Shown in pieces: positions 8,145-18,031 of a DNA stretch of 64,000 bases (positions are counted from its first letter, which is position 1; each line of letters begins with the position of its first letter). The translations under genes and the position numbers were made by a program. Location: positions 1,430 through 65,429 of the IMG/VR virus record IMGVR_UViG_3300044820_000139; one strand, written 5' to 3'. The stretch comes from a virus. Its lineage: Duplodnaviria; Caudoviricetes. The notes beneath the pieces were generated by a model. It did not search any database. It worked only from the letters and a program-made list of their open reading frames with translations, and was not told where the DNA came from.

Positions 8145-11100
8145 CCTTCCCACTCTCCGCGACCAACTGTGAACGGAATCAAAAATACAGTCATGGATTT
8201 CAGGCTCGCCCAGCACCCCGGCTGCTTGCCGTTTGTGAATCTCACCCTGAAAAACTCGTTGATCTCCGGGCCGCACTTTCCAGTGATTCCAACTTTCTGT
8301 CCAGACGCTAAATCAAAGTATCCATCACCGATAGGTATCTCGTTCTCTTTCGGTCCGCCCGGGTCGGCGTCCTGGTCGCGCGCGGCAAGGAAGCTCCAAT
8401 AGATGCGGCCAATTCCCAATGCATTGAGATTGACACCCTCGGGCTTGCAAACTGCCTGCATCTGGCCGGCACAGACCGACTCCCACTGCCAGTCAATACC
8501 TGCTCCGTTATCACTATAGATGCCCGGGGTTCTCGCCTGCAGAGCGCCGTCTGGAGAGCTGTCAGCATAGATTATCTGGCTCACGCCAAAACTCGAATCT
8601 TGCTGGGTGGTCCAGTCGGGTCCATCGATAAATCCGGGCCCAGCCGGCAAAGTGCGATCCATGCGCAGGCAGAGCGTAGCGGCCACATCGTTAAAGCTCC
8701 ATCGACGCGCCGCGTCCATGGAGATTTCCTTGCTGGCAAATGTTGAAAAGTGAATAGGATTGCTCCAGCCCTCAAGATAACTCAAAACAAACTCTTGATT
8801 GTTGACCGTGCTGGTTTCAGTCGGAACCTGAATCCGAACGGTATGCGTGTCTTCGTCGATTGTGACGCAGATGTTATGAGCCGCTGCCCAGTTGATTGTC
8901 GACCACTGACGAGGAATTTCCTTGCTCATCATGTCCGGATCGCTCTCATCGTACTTATAAAGCCCGCTGCGGTGCACAAAAACGATAAACTTTCCGTTTG
9001 CATCCCATGCTCTGAATCCGCACGGGCCGACGTCGCTCCAGCGCTGCACCGCTTGCCAGCTGCTCGGATTACCGGAATTGGGAGTTAGAACATAGCCTCC
9101 CTTTTCGCGCAAAGCGAAGATGGTACTTTTATAAGCATCGGTAAATCCAAAGCACCTCTGGCCGTCTGATGGAAAAGGAACTGGGCCTGTATCCGCATAA
9201 ACACTTTCAGGATCGCCACCAATCGAAACCAGACCTCCGCCCGAGTATCCCAGCACGCCACTGTAAGCCAGGCAGTTGACTGTCTTGAGGTAATCGATAC
9301 GGCAGGCTTGGAAGGGTGCGAGAATATCTGTTCTGTCGTCAACGTTGTTTTCCGTGTCCATCCAGGTATCCGTGAAATTGAAGTTAGCCTGGGTAGTCAC
9401 ATTGTCAAAAATTGCCGTAGCCGACTGATTTACATCGTCAATCAGCGTTGTCGTCGGCCAAACCACATTCTGACTTAGGTCTGCAAGATCAATAAGGCCA
9501 GACCAGTTATAAGGTCCAGATTGAGAGGCATCCGCTCCGGTGAAAGCGATGAGCCGGGCCACTATATTGGATGGGCCGCTCAGTATGTTGAAAATGCCAA
9601 TTTCCCAGCCGTCCTCGTCGACGTCGTACTGAATCGAACTCGCGATGGTAAAACCGGAGACTGTCTCGTTTGTGTTCATCCACAACAAAACAGCATAGCG
9701 ATAACCCTGACCTCCGTTGGCTCCGCCGGTTTCAGTGTCGGCCACAATTGCTCCGCCGGGGCCGGTTCCATTTGAGGTGGGTGGATTTTGGCCGGTTGCG
9801 GTATTCAAAATGAACGGTGAATCTCCCGGCTGGTAATAGCCAACAAGTGCAAACGCCGTTGATTGCGGAGCCGGGGTTCCGGTCGGAACATCCGCTTCAT
9901 AAATGCCCACGGATTTTATTGTGTAAAGCTTATTGTTGTTGTCGTCTTCCGGCACTGCCACGGTCACAAGGATTGAGTCATCGGCGTTTGTGTTGATAAT
10001 AGAATTGGTCGGGCCGGCCTTGGTCTCTCCGTTATCGTTTGTGTAGGTCTGCAAAACATAAACATCCCGGCCTGAAGGAAATCCGCCCACCGGCAGAGTC
10101 GCGGTGTTGTTTGTGGGAGGCGTATCTCCTGACAAAACATTATTTGCAATGATGGGCGTCGTGCCTGGAGTGTAAGGGCCGGAGGTGTTGTACAAGTGGT
10201 AGATGATTGGATTGGAGGGTGACTGTCCGCTGGCAAACACGGCAACATAGGCATTCACTCCCGTAACCGTTGGGCCATAGCTTGATGCTTGAGCTAAATC
10301 AAGTTGGACTCCTTGATTGGCCGCTGTGGTAGTGATGTTAGAGCTTCCCCCAGCCGTGGTTTCTCCAGCCGAGTTTAATAGCGTCAAAACTACATACAGA
10401 GTCGAACCATTCGGTATTGTGCCGGCGCCATTGACCAAAGTCAATCCTACCGCCGGTGGAGGCGTCACTGTGCTGCTTGCCGGAATACGCTGGATTTGCA
10501 CCTGAACATCCGGTGTTGGCAACTGGCCGGGCACTACACGCGCCGTAGTGAGGTTTGGCGGTGCACTGCCAGTTCCAAGGCCTGTAACGACAGCATTGGT
10601 TCCAAGAGCAAAGAGACCATTGAATTCTTCGTAATCTGAAAAAGGCGGAGCGCCGTTGCCGGTGGCCACCGTGGCAACATAAACGTTCATGCCTGTCGGC
10701 ACATAAGAGGCTGAGAGATTTGCAATCCAATTCGGCAGTGTATTCAGCGCGGGGATTGCAACGGATACCGACGCGCCTGCACTGATATTGACGGCCGCAG
10801 CGGCCACGCTGGGCGTTGTCTCGCCCTGGTTATTGACGAAAGTGACAGCAATGTAGACATCCTGTCCGCCGGTAAAGCTTCCGCCTGTTCCAACCGTGAT
10901 GACTGGAGCATCTGGAACTGGCAGCCGGTTGGCCATCACCATAGTGTTTTCTTTCCACGTAACAGGAACCAGACCTTGGGCAATCTGCTCAGCCGAGAGA
11001 ACCTCGGTAACGGTGACAGGGTTTACCGGCGTTGAAGTAGTCAGCGGCCACGTCGGCTGATTAGGGCCCGTCACACCGGCATTCTGCGCCTGGTAGGTGT

Positions 11101-11695
11101 GGCCGTTGCCAGTTGAGGGAGTCGATGGGCAACAAACTTCCATTGCCAGGCAGACAGTGTTCGGCTTCCAGTGCCAACCCACCGGCTTCATACCGATAGG
11201 GTTGAGGGGTGGTTTTCCGGTGTTGTTCTGGATTTGCTTGGGATCAAAACACATGCCCGGGCCGGTAGGCACGTTCAGATCGCTGAAGGCCTGCCAAACC
11301 TTGTTCTCGGCATTGCAGCCGATCATGTGGGATTTAATAGGAGGAGTGACAAGAGGGGTGGGGGGAATCTTGACCATGCGTCCAGTGCCCACGGGGTATT
11401 CGCGCCACAGATTGCCTGAGGCGTCGAAGACGTAGGGCATGTCGAAGAAGGTCTCAGTGGCTAACTCGGGCTCGTACTCGAAGAAGCCCGCTCCGGTTAT
11501 CTGCGCCTGCACACTGGTCTGCATGGCCAGATTGATCCCGGCGCGCGTGCTGGCGCACGTCACGCCGGGAGATTCCCGGGTAAAGTCCGTGTTACGGCAC
11601 AGAGCGGCCAGGCCGATCGGCAAATTTGTCGGATCGTCCTGGTCTACCTGGCCGAGAAACCGGTTAAAGACTACCGGCTTTCCAAACCATTGCAT
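8141..11695 (-). CDS. Tail nozzle / stabilisation protein (P22 gp10 or T7 gp12-like role)
   Basis: 1184 aa beta-rich ORF downstream of the adaptor-like gene; C-terminal WQWES...F..R...G..W..KSM pattern typical of podovirus nozzles. Confidence 0.6.
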   Translation of the reverse strand: MQWFGKPVVFNRFLGQVDQDDPTNLPIGLAALCRNTDFTRESPGVTCASTRAGINLAMQTSVQAQITGAGFFEYEPELATETFFDMPYVFDASGNLWREYPVGTGRMVKIPPTPLVTPPIKSHMIGCNAENKVWQAFSDLNVPTGPGMCFDPKQIQNNTGKPPLNPIGMKPVGWHWKPNTVCLAMEVCCPSTPSTGNGHTYQAQNAGVTGPNQPTWPLTTSTPVNPVTVTEVLSAEQIAQGLVPVTWKENTMVMANRLPVPDAPVITVGTGGSFTGGQDVYIAVTFVNNQGETTPSVAAAAVNISAGASVSVAIPALNTLPNWIANLSASYVPTGMNVYVATVATGNGAPPFSDYEEFNGLFALGTNAVVTGLGTGSAPPNLTTARVVPGQLPTPDVQVQIQRIPASSTVTPPPAVGLTLVNGAGTIPNGSTLYVVLTLLNSAGETTAGGSSNITTTAANQGVQLDLAQASSYGPTVTGVNAYVAVFASGQSPSNPIIYHLYNTSGPYTPGTTPIIANNVLSGDTPPTNNTATLPVGGFPSGRDVYVLQTYTNDNGETKAGPTNSIINTNADDSILVTVAVPEDDNNNKLYTIKSVGIYEADVPTGTPAPQSTAFALVGYYQPGDSPFILNTATGQNPPTSNGTGPGGAIVADTETGGANGGQGYRYAVLLWMNTNETVSGFTIASSIQYDVDEDGWEIGIFNILSGPSNIVARLIAFTGADASQSGPYNWSGLIDLADLSQNVVWPTTTLIDDVNQSATAIFDNVTTQANFNFTDTWMDTENNVDDRTDILAPFQACRIDYLKTVNCLAYSGVLGYSGGGLVSIGGDPESVYADTGPVPFPSDGQRCFGFTDAYKSTIFALREKGGYVLTPNSGNPSSWQAVQRWSDVGPCGFRAWDANGKFIVFVHRSGLYKYDESDPDMMSKEIPRQWSTINWAAAHNICVTIDEDTHTVRIQVPTETSTVNNQEFVLSYLEGWSNPIHFSTFASKEISMDAARRWSFNDVAATLCLRMDRTLPAGPGFIDGPDWTTQQDSSFGVSQIIYADSSPDGALQARTPGIYSDNGAGIDWQWESVCAGQMQAVCKPEGVNLNALGIGRIYWSFLAARDQDADPGGPKENEIPIGDGYFDLASGQKVGITGKCGPEINEFFRVRFTNGKQPGCWASLKSMTVFLIPFTVGRGEWEG

Positions 11696-11710
11696 CGGTC
11701 GGCCCCGTGA

Positions 11711-12157
11711 TTACTGGTTGTGTGGAAGGGTAATCGCGATTTGGACTCCAGCGCCGGCGTTTGTGATCTGAGCCGATGTGGCTGCGTATCCAACGTTAGA
11801 GGCAAGTTCCACGCCCCCAGGTGCAAACATACGCAAATAAAATCCATTCACCGGCGCGATACCTTGGCCGACTCCTTCAATTGGCGCGGGCATCACCACA
11901 GGGCTTGGGTTAACATAGTACCCGCCGATGTTTTCCGCCTCAACTGTTGGGGCTTGCGTATACGCGGCTGGCAATTCCGGCGTTGGAATCTGGTTTGGGT
12001 TGGTGAATCCGAGCGGGTTGTTTCCGGCTGAGTATGGCGCCAGGTTGAGCGGGTCACCCACTCCGTTTACGCCGTAGTTTGCCGAAAACTTCGCCAGAAA
12101 TGTCAGTGTGTCCGGGTTTTCTGCCGGCGACACGTCGATGAGTTGCAATGAAATCAT
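11711..12157 (-). CDS. Hypothetical virion protein
   Basis: 148 aa ORF with a GAGAGAGG RBS, between adaptor and nozzle. Confidence 0.6.
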   Translation of the reverse strand: MISLQLIDVSPAENPDTLTFLAKFSANYGVNGVGDPLNLAPYSAGNNPLGFTNPNQIPTPELPAAYTQAPTVEAENIGGYYVNPSPVVMPAPIEGVGQGIAPVNGFYLRMFAPGGVELASNVGYAATSAQITNAGAGVQIAITLPHNQ

Positions 12158-12185
12158 TGTTTTGTCCTCTCTCGGTTGAAATCAG

Positions 12186-12929
12186 TTATTTCCAAAACCA
12201 CTGAGCTAGCCCGCTATCCCGGCACATTCGCTGGAATCGCGCTGGCTCAGCCTGCTTCTGGCGCATCAGTTCGGCAATGATGTTGTCTTCCGCGGCCTGG
12301 CCCTTCGTGGCATAACCTTCCAGAATTGCTGGGTTGCTGCGCTCCACCCCGGACGTCGCCGCGCTTTCATAACAGACCGGAACCCAAACGTCTTCGTGCG
12401 TGCATAACAGGTCATCGTCAGTTACCAGCATCTGCGGGTTGAATTTGCCGGTGACCTCAATGTCGATAGGCTCGTTCACAGGCGTGATTTCAAGTTTGTT
12501 GCCGATCATCGAATAGTAGAGCGGTCCACCCAATCCATTGGAGTTCATCAGGCTTGGGTTTGTGTGCGGCAAGGTGCCAATGTTTCTGATCTTGAAATAT
12601 CGCTGTACCGGAACACCGGCAGGCTTGACCCAAATCTCCATCACATCGAAAAGACCGGCGAGCAGCGCCGGAGGGTTCTGCTGAGCGACTGGCTGACCAG
12701 CGAAAGCGGTTGCATTCTGCCACTTGTAAAGGCTTGTGGTGCCGGCCGGAACGTTCAGGATCGGCACCACAGCAGTCAGATTCTTGGCACTGGCGTTCTT
12801 GATGTTCAGGTTCACTGCGGCATAGGTGATGTTGAGCAGCGGCAGAATATAGCCGCGCTTCACCCATTGGCCCTTTGGGTCTCCCAAAAGAGCCTGAATC
12901 ATTCCGATTGCGTCGCCAAGTCTCATCAT
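12186..12929 (-). CDS. Putative head-tail adaptor (tail tubular protein A-like)
   Basis: 247 aa; N-terminal helix, beta core, C-terminal helices; position after the capsid module. Confidence 0.55.
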   Translation of the reverse strand: MMRLGDAIGMIQALLGDPKGQWVKRGYILPLLNITYAAVNLNIKNASAKNLTAVVPILNVPAGTTSLYKWQNATAFAGQPVAQQNPPALLAGLFDVMEIWVKPAGVPVQRYFKIRNIGTLPHTNPSLMNSNGLGGPLYYSMIGNKLEITPVNEPIDIEVTGKFNPQMLVTDDDLLCTHEDVWVPVCYESAATSGVERSNPAILEGYATKGQAAEDNIIAELMRQKQAEPARFQRMCRDSGLAQWFWK

Positions 12930-12941
12930 TGCGTCTGTCCT

Positions 12942-14093
12942 TTATGCGCCGGCTGGTTGTGCCGCGGGCTTTTCTTTCTTCGTTTTTATGCCGCGGCCCT
13001 CGAGCTTTTCGCGCCGTGCGCGCCGCTCTTCCATTACCGCGAGCACCTCTTCCAGCTTTTCTTCAGGCAGAACTTCAAGGAAGGCCATCGGTACCACCTT
13101 GCCCGCCATAAAGGCATCGAAGGCGTCATACGGCGCGTTGCAGTTGCGGCAGAAGTAGGCATCCGGTGAAGGCTGCTGAGTTCCGCACTGCGGGCAGGGA
13201 GGCAGGGTTTTCATCTCCCCAGTCACGGCCAGTTTTGCAGTCGTCCACTCTTGAAGTTTTTCCTTCCAGCCCATCTTCACCGCGAAGCGGTCCCAGTCGC
13301 GATGGGTGTTGGTCACCATCTTACGGCTGACAATATCCTGCTCATTCCAGAGCGCGTCCGCCTGCTGAATAATCACGTCGCAGTAATTGCGCTGTGTCTC
13401 GAAAATCCGTGCAAGTTCATCCACGAGCAGTGTCTCGCGCAGACGGTAGCTGTAAACAGTTGAATCCGACAACAAAACACGTTCCGGAACCCAAATGCGT
13501 CCGCCGGTCTTGGCCAGGTTCGCCGCGCTCAGCGTGTGGGGATTCTGATCGAACATCAGAATGCCGCCCATCAGCTTGTTGTCGGGCGAGTTGTACTGGT
13601 TCCATAACTCACATGCAATCGAATGCGGCGAGAACATGCGTGCCTGACATACCGGCATATCGATCGGCAAAATGCTGTCGGTCTCATGCCCGGTCACCGT
13701 CGAGTAAAAAGTGGGTTCCTTATCCGGCTTTCCTTCGCCGACCATCGGGCTCGCGATGTACTGGTAATGACCTTCGATCATCCGGCCCATGAAGGGAACG
13801 TCGAGATGGTGGTGTTCGCTGGCGCCGGCCTTCTGTACGCGAAGGTTGAGCTGGCCTTCAATCACCAGGTCGACCGGGTTGTAATTGACGACGGTGCAGG
13901 GGCGAAGCGGCCCGGTAATCCTGCCGTCCGGCCCTTTCATGGTTTCGGTTTGCATCCGGCGAATCAGGTCGAAAAGTTCCTTTTGGCGCTTTGTGGCGGC
14001 GCGGCCTACCTTGCCGAGCTGCGTTGAACGTTCGGGCAAACCAAGCATTGCTTGCGGATCACTGATCTGCGTTACGGGCATTTCTTCTGGCAT
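12942..14093 (-). CDS. Hypothetical protein with C-terminal zinc ribbon
   Basis: CPQC-x10-CRNC near the C-terminus; AAGGAG RBS. Confidence 0.7.
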   Translation of the reverse strand: MPEEMPVTQISDPQAMLGLPERSTQLGKVGRAATKRQKELFDLIRRMQTETMKGPDGRITGPLRPCTVVNYNPVDLVIEGQLNLRVQKAGASEHHHLDVPFMGRMIEGHYQYIASPMVGEGKPDKEPTFYSTVTGHETDSILPIDMPVCQARMFSPHSIACELWNQYNSPDNKLMGGILMFDQNPHTLSAANLAKTGGRIWVPERVLLSDSTVYSYRLRETLLVDELARIFETQRNYCDVIIQQADALWNEQDIVSRKMVTNTHRDWDRFAVKMGWKEKLQEWTTAKLAVTGEMKTLPPCPQCGTQQPSPDAYFCRNCNAPYDAFDAFMAGKVVPMAFLEVLPEEKLEEVLAVMEERRARREKLEGRGIKTKKEKPAAQPAGA

Positions 14094-14114
14094 TTCCTTA
14101 TCTCCTAAAACAGG

Positions 14115-14819
14115 TTAGTTGCGGCTTTCGCCCCAATCCTCACTTGCGCCAAAGTGGCCGTTCAGGCCCGCTGCGGCGGCCATCCTGTCCCTCGCCTGCT
14201 GCGCCGCCAGGCTGGTCGACTTCCAAACCTGTTCGAGCGACTCCTCGGCCGCGTTGATCTCGCGCTCCAGAGTTTCCTGTGCGCGCTGGCGCTCGGCGAT
14301 CTCTGCCGCCATTTCTGCCCGGATGTAGGCCTCGATGTCGCGGGGGTTCTCGCGCTGCATCCGCATGTAATCGCGAATGGCTCCGCGCAAGTCGCCGGCG
14401 GCGTCCAGTGTCGCCCAGGGTCCGGCCACCATGAAGTAATCGCCAGAGGCGGGAAATTCCTGCACAAACAGCGGCGTATCGGGATCTTCTGCGCGGTGCG
14501 ACTTCCACTCCCACGCTCCGCCCCAGATCGAGGGACCAAACCAGCGTTGCAGAATCCAGGCCGATGGGTCCGTGCCCTGATACCGCGGCAGTTGATACCG
14601 GCCGCCCTGAATGCGGTCAATGGTTACTTTGCCGTCGCGGATGATGTCCTGCTCGACCCCGTGCGCAAAGTGGCGCATGGTTCCCTGGCAAAGAATCCGG
14701 CAGTCTCCGGCGCGCACCAGACGCCACATCGCGCGACCGTGCGGTGTCAAACCGCCATACTCGATCAGTAGCGTCCGTACAGCGCGCGGTGTCTTGCGTT
14801 CGATCTCATCAAGAACCAT
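14115..14819 (-). CDS. Hypothetical protein (coiled-coil C-terminus)
   Basis: 234 aa ORF right after the major capsid gene; GGAG RBS. Confidence 0.65.
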   Translation of the reverse strand: MVLDEIERKTPRAVRTLLIEYGGLTPHGRAMWRLVRAGDCRILCQGTMRHFAHGVEQDIIRDGKVTIDRIQGGRYQLPRYQGTDPSAWILQRWFGPSIWGGAWEWKSHRAEDPDTPLFVQEFPASGDYFMVAGPWATLDAAGDLRGAIRDYMRMQRENPRDIEAYIRAEMAAEIAERQRAQETLEREINAAEESLEQVWKSTSLAAQQARDRMAAAAGLNGHFGASEDWGESRN

Positions 14820-14901
14820 CAGACCTTCTCCGCTTAAAAGTTCGCCCGGCCCATCTCTGAGCCGGGCGGCCTGCTCCGTTTAGTCAGCGGCAGCTTAGAG
14901 A

Positions 14902-16191
14902 CTAAGTGCCAGCGGCCATGACCGGGTTGACATACAGGTTATAGGTGTACACGTGCGCCCAGGGCAGCTTCGTGTAAAGGTTGTAGGCGTCCTGGAAGAG
15001 TGCATCGCTCTCTGAGGTCGCCTGGCCGCCTACCGTGCGGAACCACCAAATGCCGTCCAGAGGACCGGGAATCATTCGCTGGCTGCCGGGGTAGCGCACC
15101 TTGCGCAACTGGCCTTCGGCGATGTCGTAGAGCTTGTCCACGCCCGCCATTGAGTCGGTCAGCACTTCCTGGTTGCCAATCACCCAGGGAGCGTTACGAG
15201 GAGCCGCAATGTCCGGCTGCTGAACCTTTGCGTCGGTGACCATGAAAGAGGTCTTAGCAAAGCCCAGCAAACGGGCAGTGGCGCGCTGTACGTAGTGTGT
15301 GTAGTAGAAGCGCTTCTCTTGCTCCTGATCGGAGCCGAGTGCCTGATTCTGGCGCTGGTTCATCACTTCGATGATGCCCAGGGTAAGAGTCGAGCTCGCA
15401 TTGACGCTCGGCGACTGCACGTAGGCGACGGTGCGCGCAATGCCGCAGTTATCGCCAACCTGTGAGTTGGAGATCAGATACTGCAAGCCCTGCGGGCCGA
15501 GTGGTGCCGCGGAGGCGTAGTTGAGCGGGATGAGCTGGCAACCGGCCGCAGTGCCAACCGGCACGTTGTCAAGGGTTATGGTGTCAATGCCGCCGCCGGT
15601 GGAGTTTGACTTCGCCAGGATGGTGACTGGGCCGAGGACGTTGAAGTTGGCGTCGGCCAGCTGATAGGCGTTGTTCAAATCCAGCAGCCGGTTGCCGTAA
15701 GGCACATTGGCCATCTGAACGACAACACCACCGGCATAGCTCGCGTCGATCACGCCCAACAAGCCCTGGTTGTAGCCCTGGGCCAGCGCGTTGCGGGTGT
15801 GCGCAAACTTGTCCTTCACCTTCGCCAGCATCCTGGCGATCGGCTTGGCGATCATCAGCCGGTCGGTTCCGGCGCCTTCAATGCGCTGCAGCAGTTCGGT
15901 GCGCGCGATGGCGATCAAACCGCTGACTGGCACCACGATAAACTGGTTGTATCCCGGCCCGTTGCCTGTGATGTAGGGGCCGCCGTCGGGATCGTTGCCG
16001 GCAAATTGTCCACCCACGTCAAATTCAATGGGGTGCCGGTACTTCTCTTTGCCCATATCCCTGGCCGTCGCCTTCTGGAAGCGGCGGTCAATTCCCTGGT
16101 CCAGGTTCTGGGCAGTCTCGATGTTCTCCTCGACCACCTGAAGCATGATCGCGATCTGAGCCTGCGCTGTGCTGTTATTCGGAGCTGACAT
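14902..16191 (-). CDS. Major capsid protein
   Basis: 429 aa, directly downstream of portal and scaffold; strong GC3 codon bias; GGGAG RBS; followed by a hairpin. Confidence 0.7.
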   Translation of the reverse strand: MSAPNNSTAQAQIAIMLQVVEENIETAQNLDQGIDRRFQKATARDMGKEKYRHPIEFDVGGQFAGNDPDGGPYITGNGPGYNQFIVVPVSGLIAIARTELLQRIEGAGTDRLMIAKPIARMLAKVKDKFAHTRNALAQGYNQGLLGVIDASYAGGVVVQMANVPYGNRLLDLNNAYQLADANFNVLGPVTILAKSNSTGGGIDTITLDNVPVGTAAGCQLIPLNYASAAPLGPQGLQYLISNSQVGDNCGIARTVAYVQSPSVNASSTLTLGIIEVMNQRQNQALGSDQEQEKRFYYTHYVQRATARLLGFAKTSFMVTDAKVQQPDIAAPRNAPWVIGNQEVLTDSMAGVDKLYDIAEGQLRKVRYPGSQRMIPGPLDGIWWFRTVGGQATSESDALFQDAYNLYTKLPWAHVYTYNLYVNPVMAAGT

Positions 16192-16297
16192 GTTATTGTT
16201 CTCCCAATCTGGCCCACTTTCACCAGTCGCTATTGGGCGCTTCCCGGCGTTGCGTCAACCACTTTAGTTCAAGCGGTAACGGTTGAATGCGAGCGGG

Positions 16298-17998
16298 CTA
16301 TGCTTTGCCCGCCCTCATCTTTTCTTTTTGTTCAACCAGCATTTCAAACTTCTCGGTCCGGCTTGCCGCCAGATACTCCGGATTCTTTTCGAGTGTCGCG
16401 AGTGCGGCGTTCTCAAGTGCTTCCCCAATCAAGACTGTCGGCGGTGAAGGTGCTCCGCCGCTCTGCGGTTCGACCCGCGCCACCTGAGCAATCTTCTGCT
16501 GTTGCTCAGTGCGCTTGCCGCTCATCTCGCGGATACCGTTCTGAATCCGCGTGACGTGAGCATTAAAAATGTCGGGCAAATACAACTCGCGCAGCCGGGC
16601 ATTCTCGGCGTTGCGCAGAGCTTCGGTCTGTGGTCCCGGCGGCAAAGCGGCAAGCTCTTGCTTCTTGCGCAGCACGCTGGGAATCGAGTCGCATTTGCGG
16701 TTAAACTCCTGCGCAATCAGTACGCCAAAAGCGCGCGCCTGGGTTACCTGACCGGTGACTGGGTTAGTGTACTTCTGCTCCAGAACCACGTCAGGGATGA
16801 CCTCGCCACGCTCGCGCATCGCCTTGAGGGTGTTGTCGATGTACTCGCCAACGCCATTGCCCCAGTTTGTGTTGATTCTGGCCTCAAAATCGGCGCGGGC
16901 TTGAACGCGGGCTGTTCGCGTGTTCGTCTGCTTATTCTTGTTTAGCTCGGCCTGCTGGGCTTTGAGTTGCTCCTGAAAGGCCTTCTGGGCCGGCGTGGCA
17001 TCGGGCGGAAGTTCCGGTAGAGTGTTTTCCGCATCCTCTTGGCCCAGCAGTTCAGCCACATATTCGAAGGCCTTGATTTTGTAATCGGTGTCTTCGAGCA
17101 GCGCCTGATCCGCGGCTTTGGCCTCTTCGCTGGGATAGACTCCGGTCTCAACCCGCGCTTTGAGTTCCGCCAGGGATTCTTTGGCATCCTGGGTGAAGCT
17201 GGTCAACGCGCCGTTGGTTAGTTTGCGGCTCAGAAAGTCGAAACTTTCCGTCATCACCGGCGTGCCGTCGGCGGCTTTTACCGGCTCGCCTTTCTCATCA
17301 ACCACGTTGAACAGACCAACAAAGTCGTTAAAAGCTGCCTCGGCCATCTCTGGAGATTCGGGAGCCAAAGCAAACTTGTGCTCCAAGGTCAAGATGCGAT
17401 TGGCATTGTCGACGGCGAATTTTGCCTCTTCAACCGTTGGGATAATCGAGAGAATTGGCTTAGCCGCCTCCGCCGCGCGCGCCGTGGCCATAATCTCGCC
17501 CCTGAGTGTGGGGTTGGCGTCGAGCGCTGCCTTGAAGGCCGGATCTTTGGCTGTCCAATCATCGAGCGCTTGCGGGGTTGCCGCAGCGGGCTCGGGTGGC
17601 TTCTCGCCCGGTTGCAGTTCTTCTGCTGGCTTTGGCTCCTCGGGTGGTTTGGTTGCCTCCACGGGTTGTGCGCCGGGCTCTTGACTCTCTGCCTCTTTGG
17701 CTGCGGCTTCGGCTGCTTTCGTGGCTTCGTCGGGGTGCTCTTGCTTCCACTTCTCGTTCGCTTCGATGAACTGCTCGACGCCCTCTTCAGTGTTCGGATA
17801 CTTCGAAGAGTCAGGCTGTTCGCTGGGCGCTGCAGGTGCCGGTGCGACCGGAGTTTCAGGTGTGGCCGGAGTTGGAGGCGCGGGCGCAACGGGCGTGACT
17901 GGTACGGAGGGTACAGCGGAAGCCGGTGCCGGGGTTACCGGAGCGGGCGCTGGCGCGGCAGGTGCGGGTGATGCTGGTACGGATGTTACAGGGTCCAT
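16298..17998 (-). CDS. Scaffolding protein
   Basis: Pro/Ala-rich N-terminus and acidic helical body; lies between portal and capsid genes. Confidence 0.6.
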   Translation of the reverse strand: MDPVTSVPASPAPAAPAPAPVTPAPASAVPSVPVTPVAPAPPTPATPETPVAPAPAAPSEQPDSSKYPNTEEGVEQFIEANEKWKQEHPDEATKAAEAAAKEAESQEPGAQPVEATKPPEEPKPAEELQPGEKPPEPAAATPQALDDWTAKDPAFKAALDANPTLRGEIMATARAAEAAKPILSIIPTVEEAKFAVDNANRILTLEHKFALAPESPEMAEAAFNDFVGLFNVVDEKGEPVKAADGTPVMTESFDFLSRKLTNGALTSFTQDAKESLAELKARVETGVYPSEEAKAADQALLEDTDYKIKAFEYVAELLGQEDAENTLPELPPDATPAQKAFQEQLKAQQAELNKNKQTNTRTARVQARADFEARINTNWGNGVGEYIDNTLKAMRERGEVIPDVVLEQKYTNPVTGQVTQARAFGVLIAQEFNRKCDSIPSVLRKKQELAALPPGPQTEALRNAENARLRELYLPDIFNAHVTRIQNGIREMSGKRTEQQQKIAQVARVEPQSGGAPSPPTVLIGEALENAALATLEKNPEYLAASRTEKFEMLVEQKEKMRAGKA

Positions 17999-18031
17999 GG
18001 TTTCCTCTCTTTGGCAATTCTGGCGGTGCGG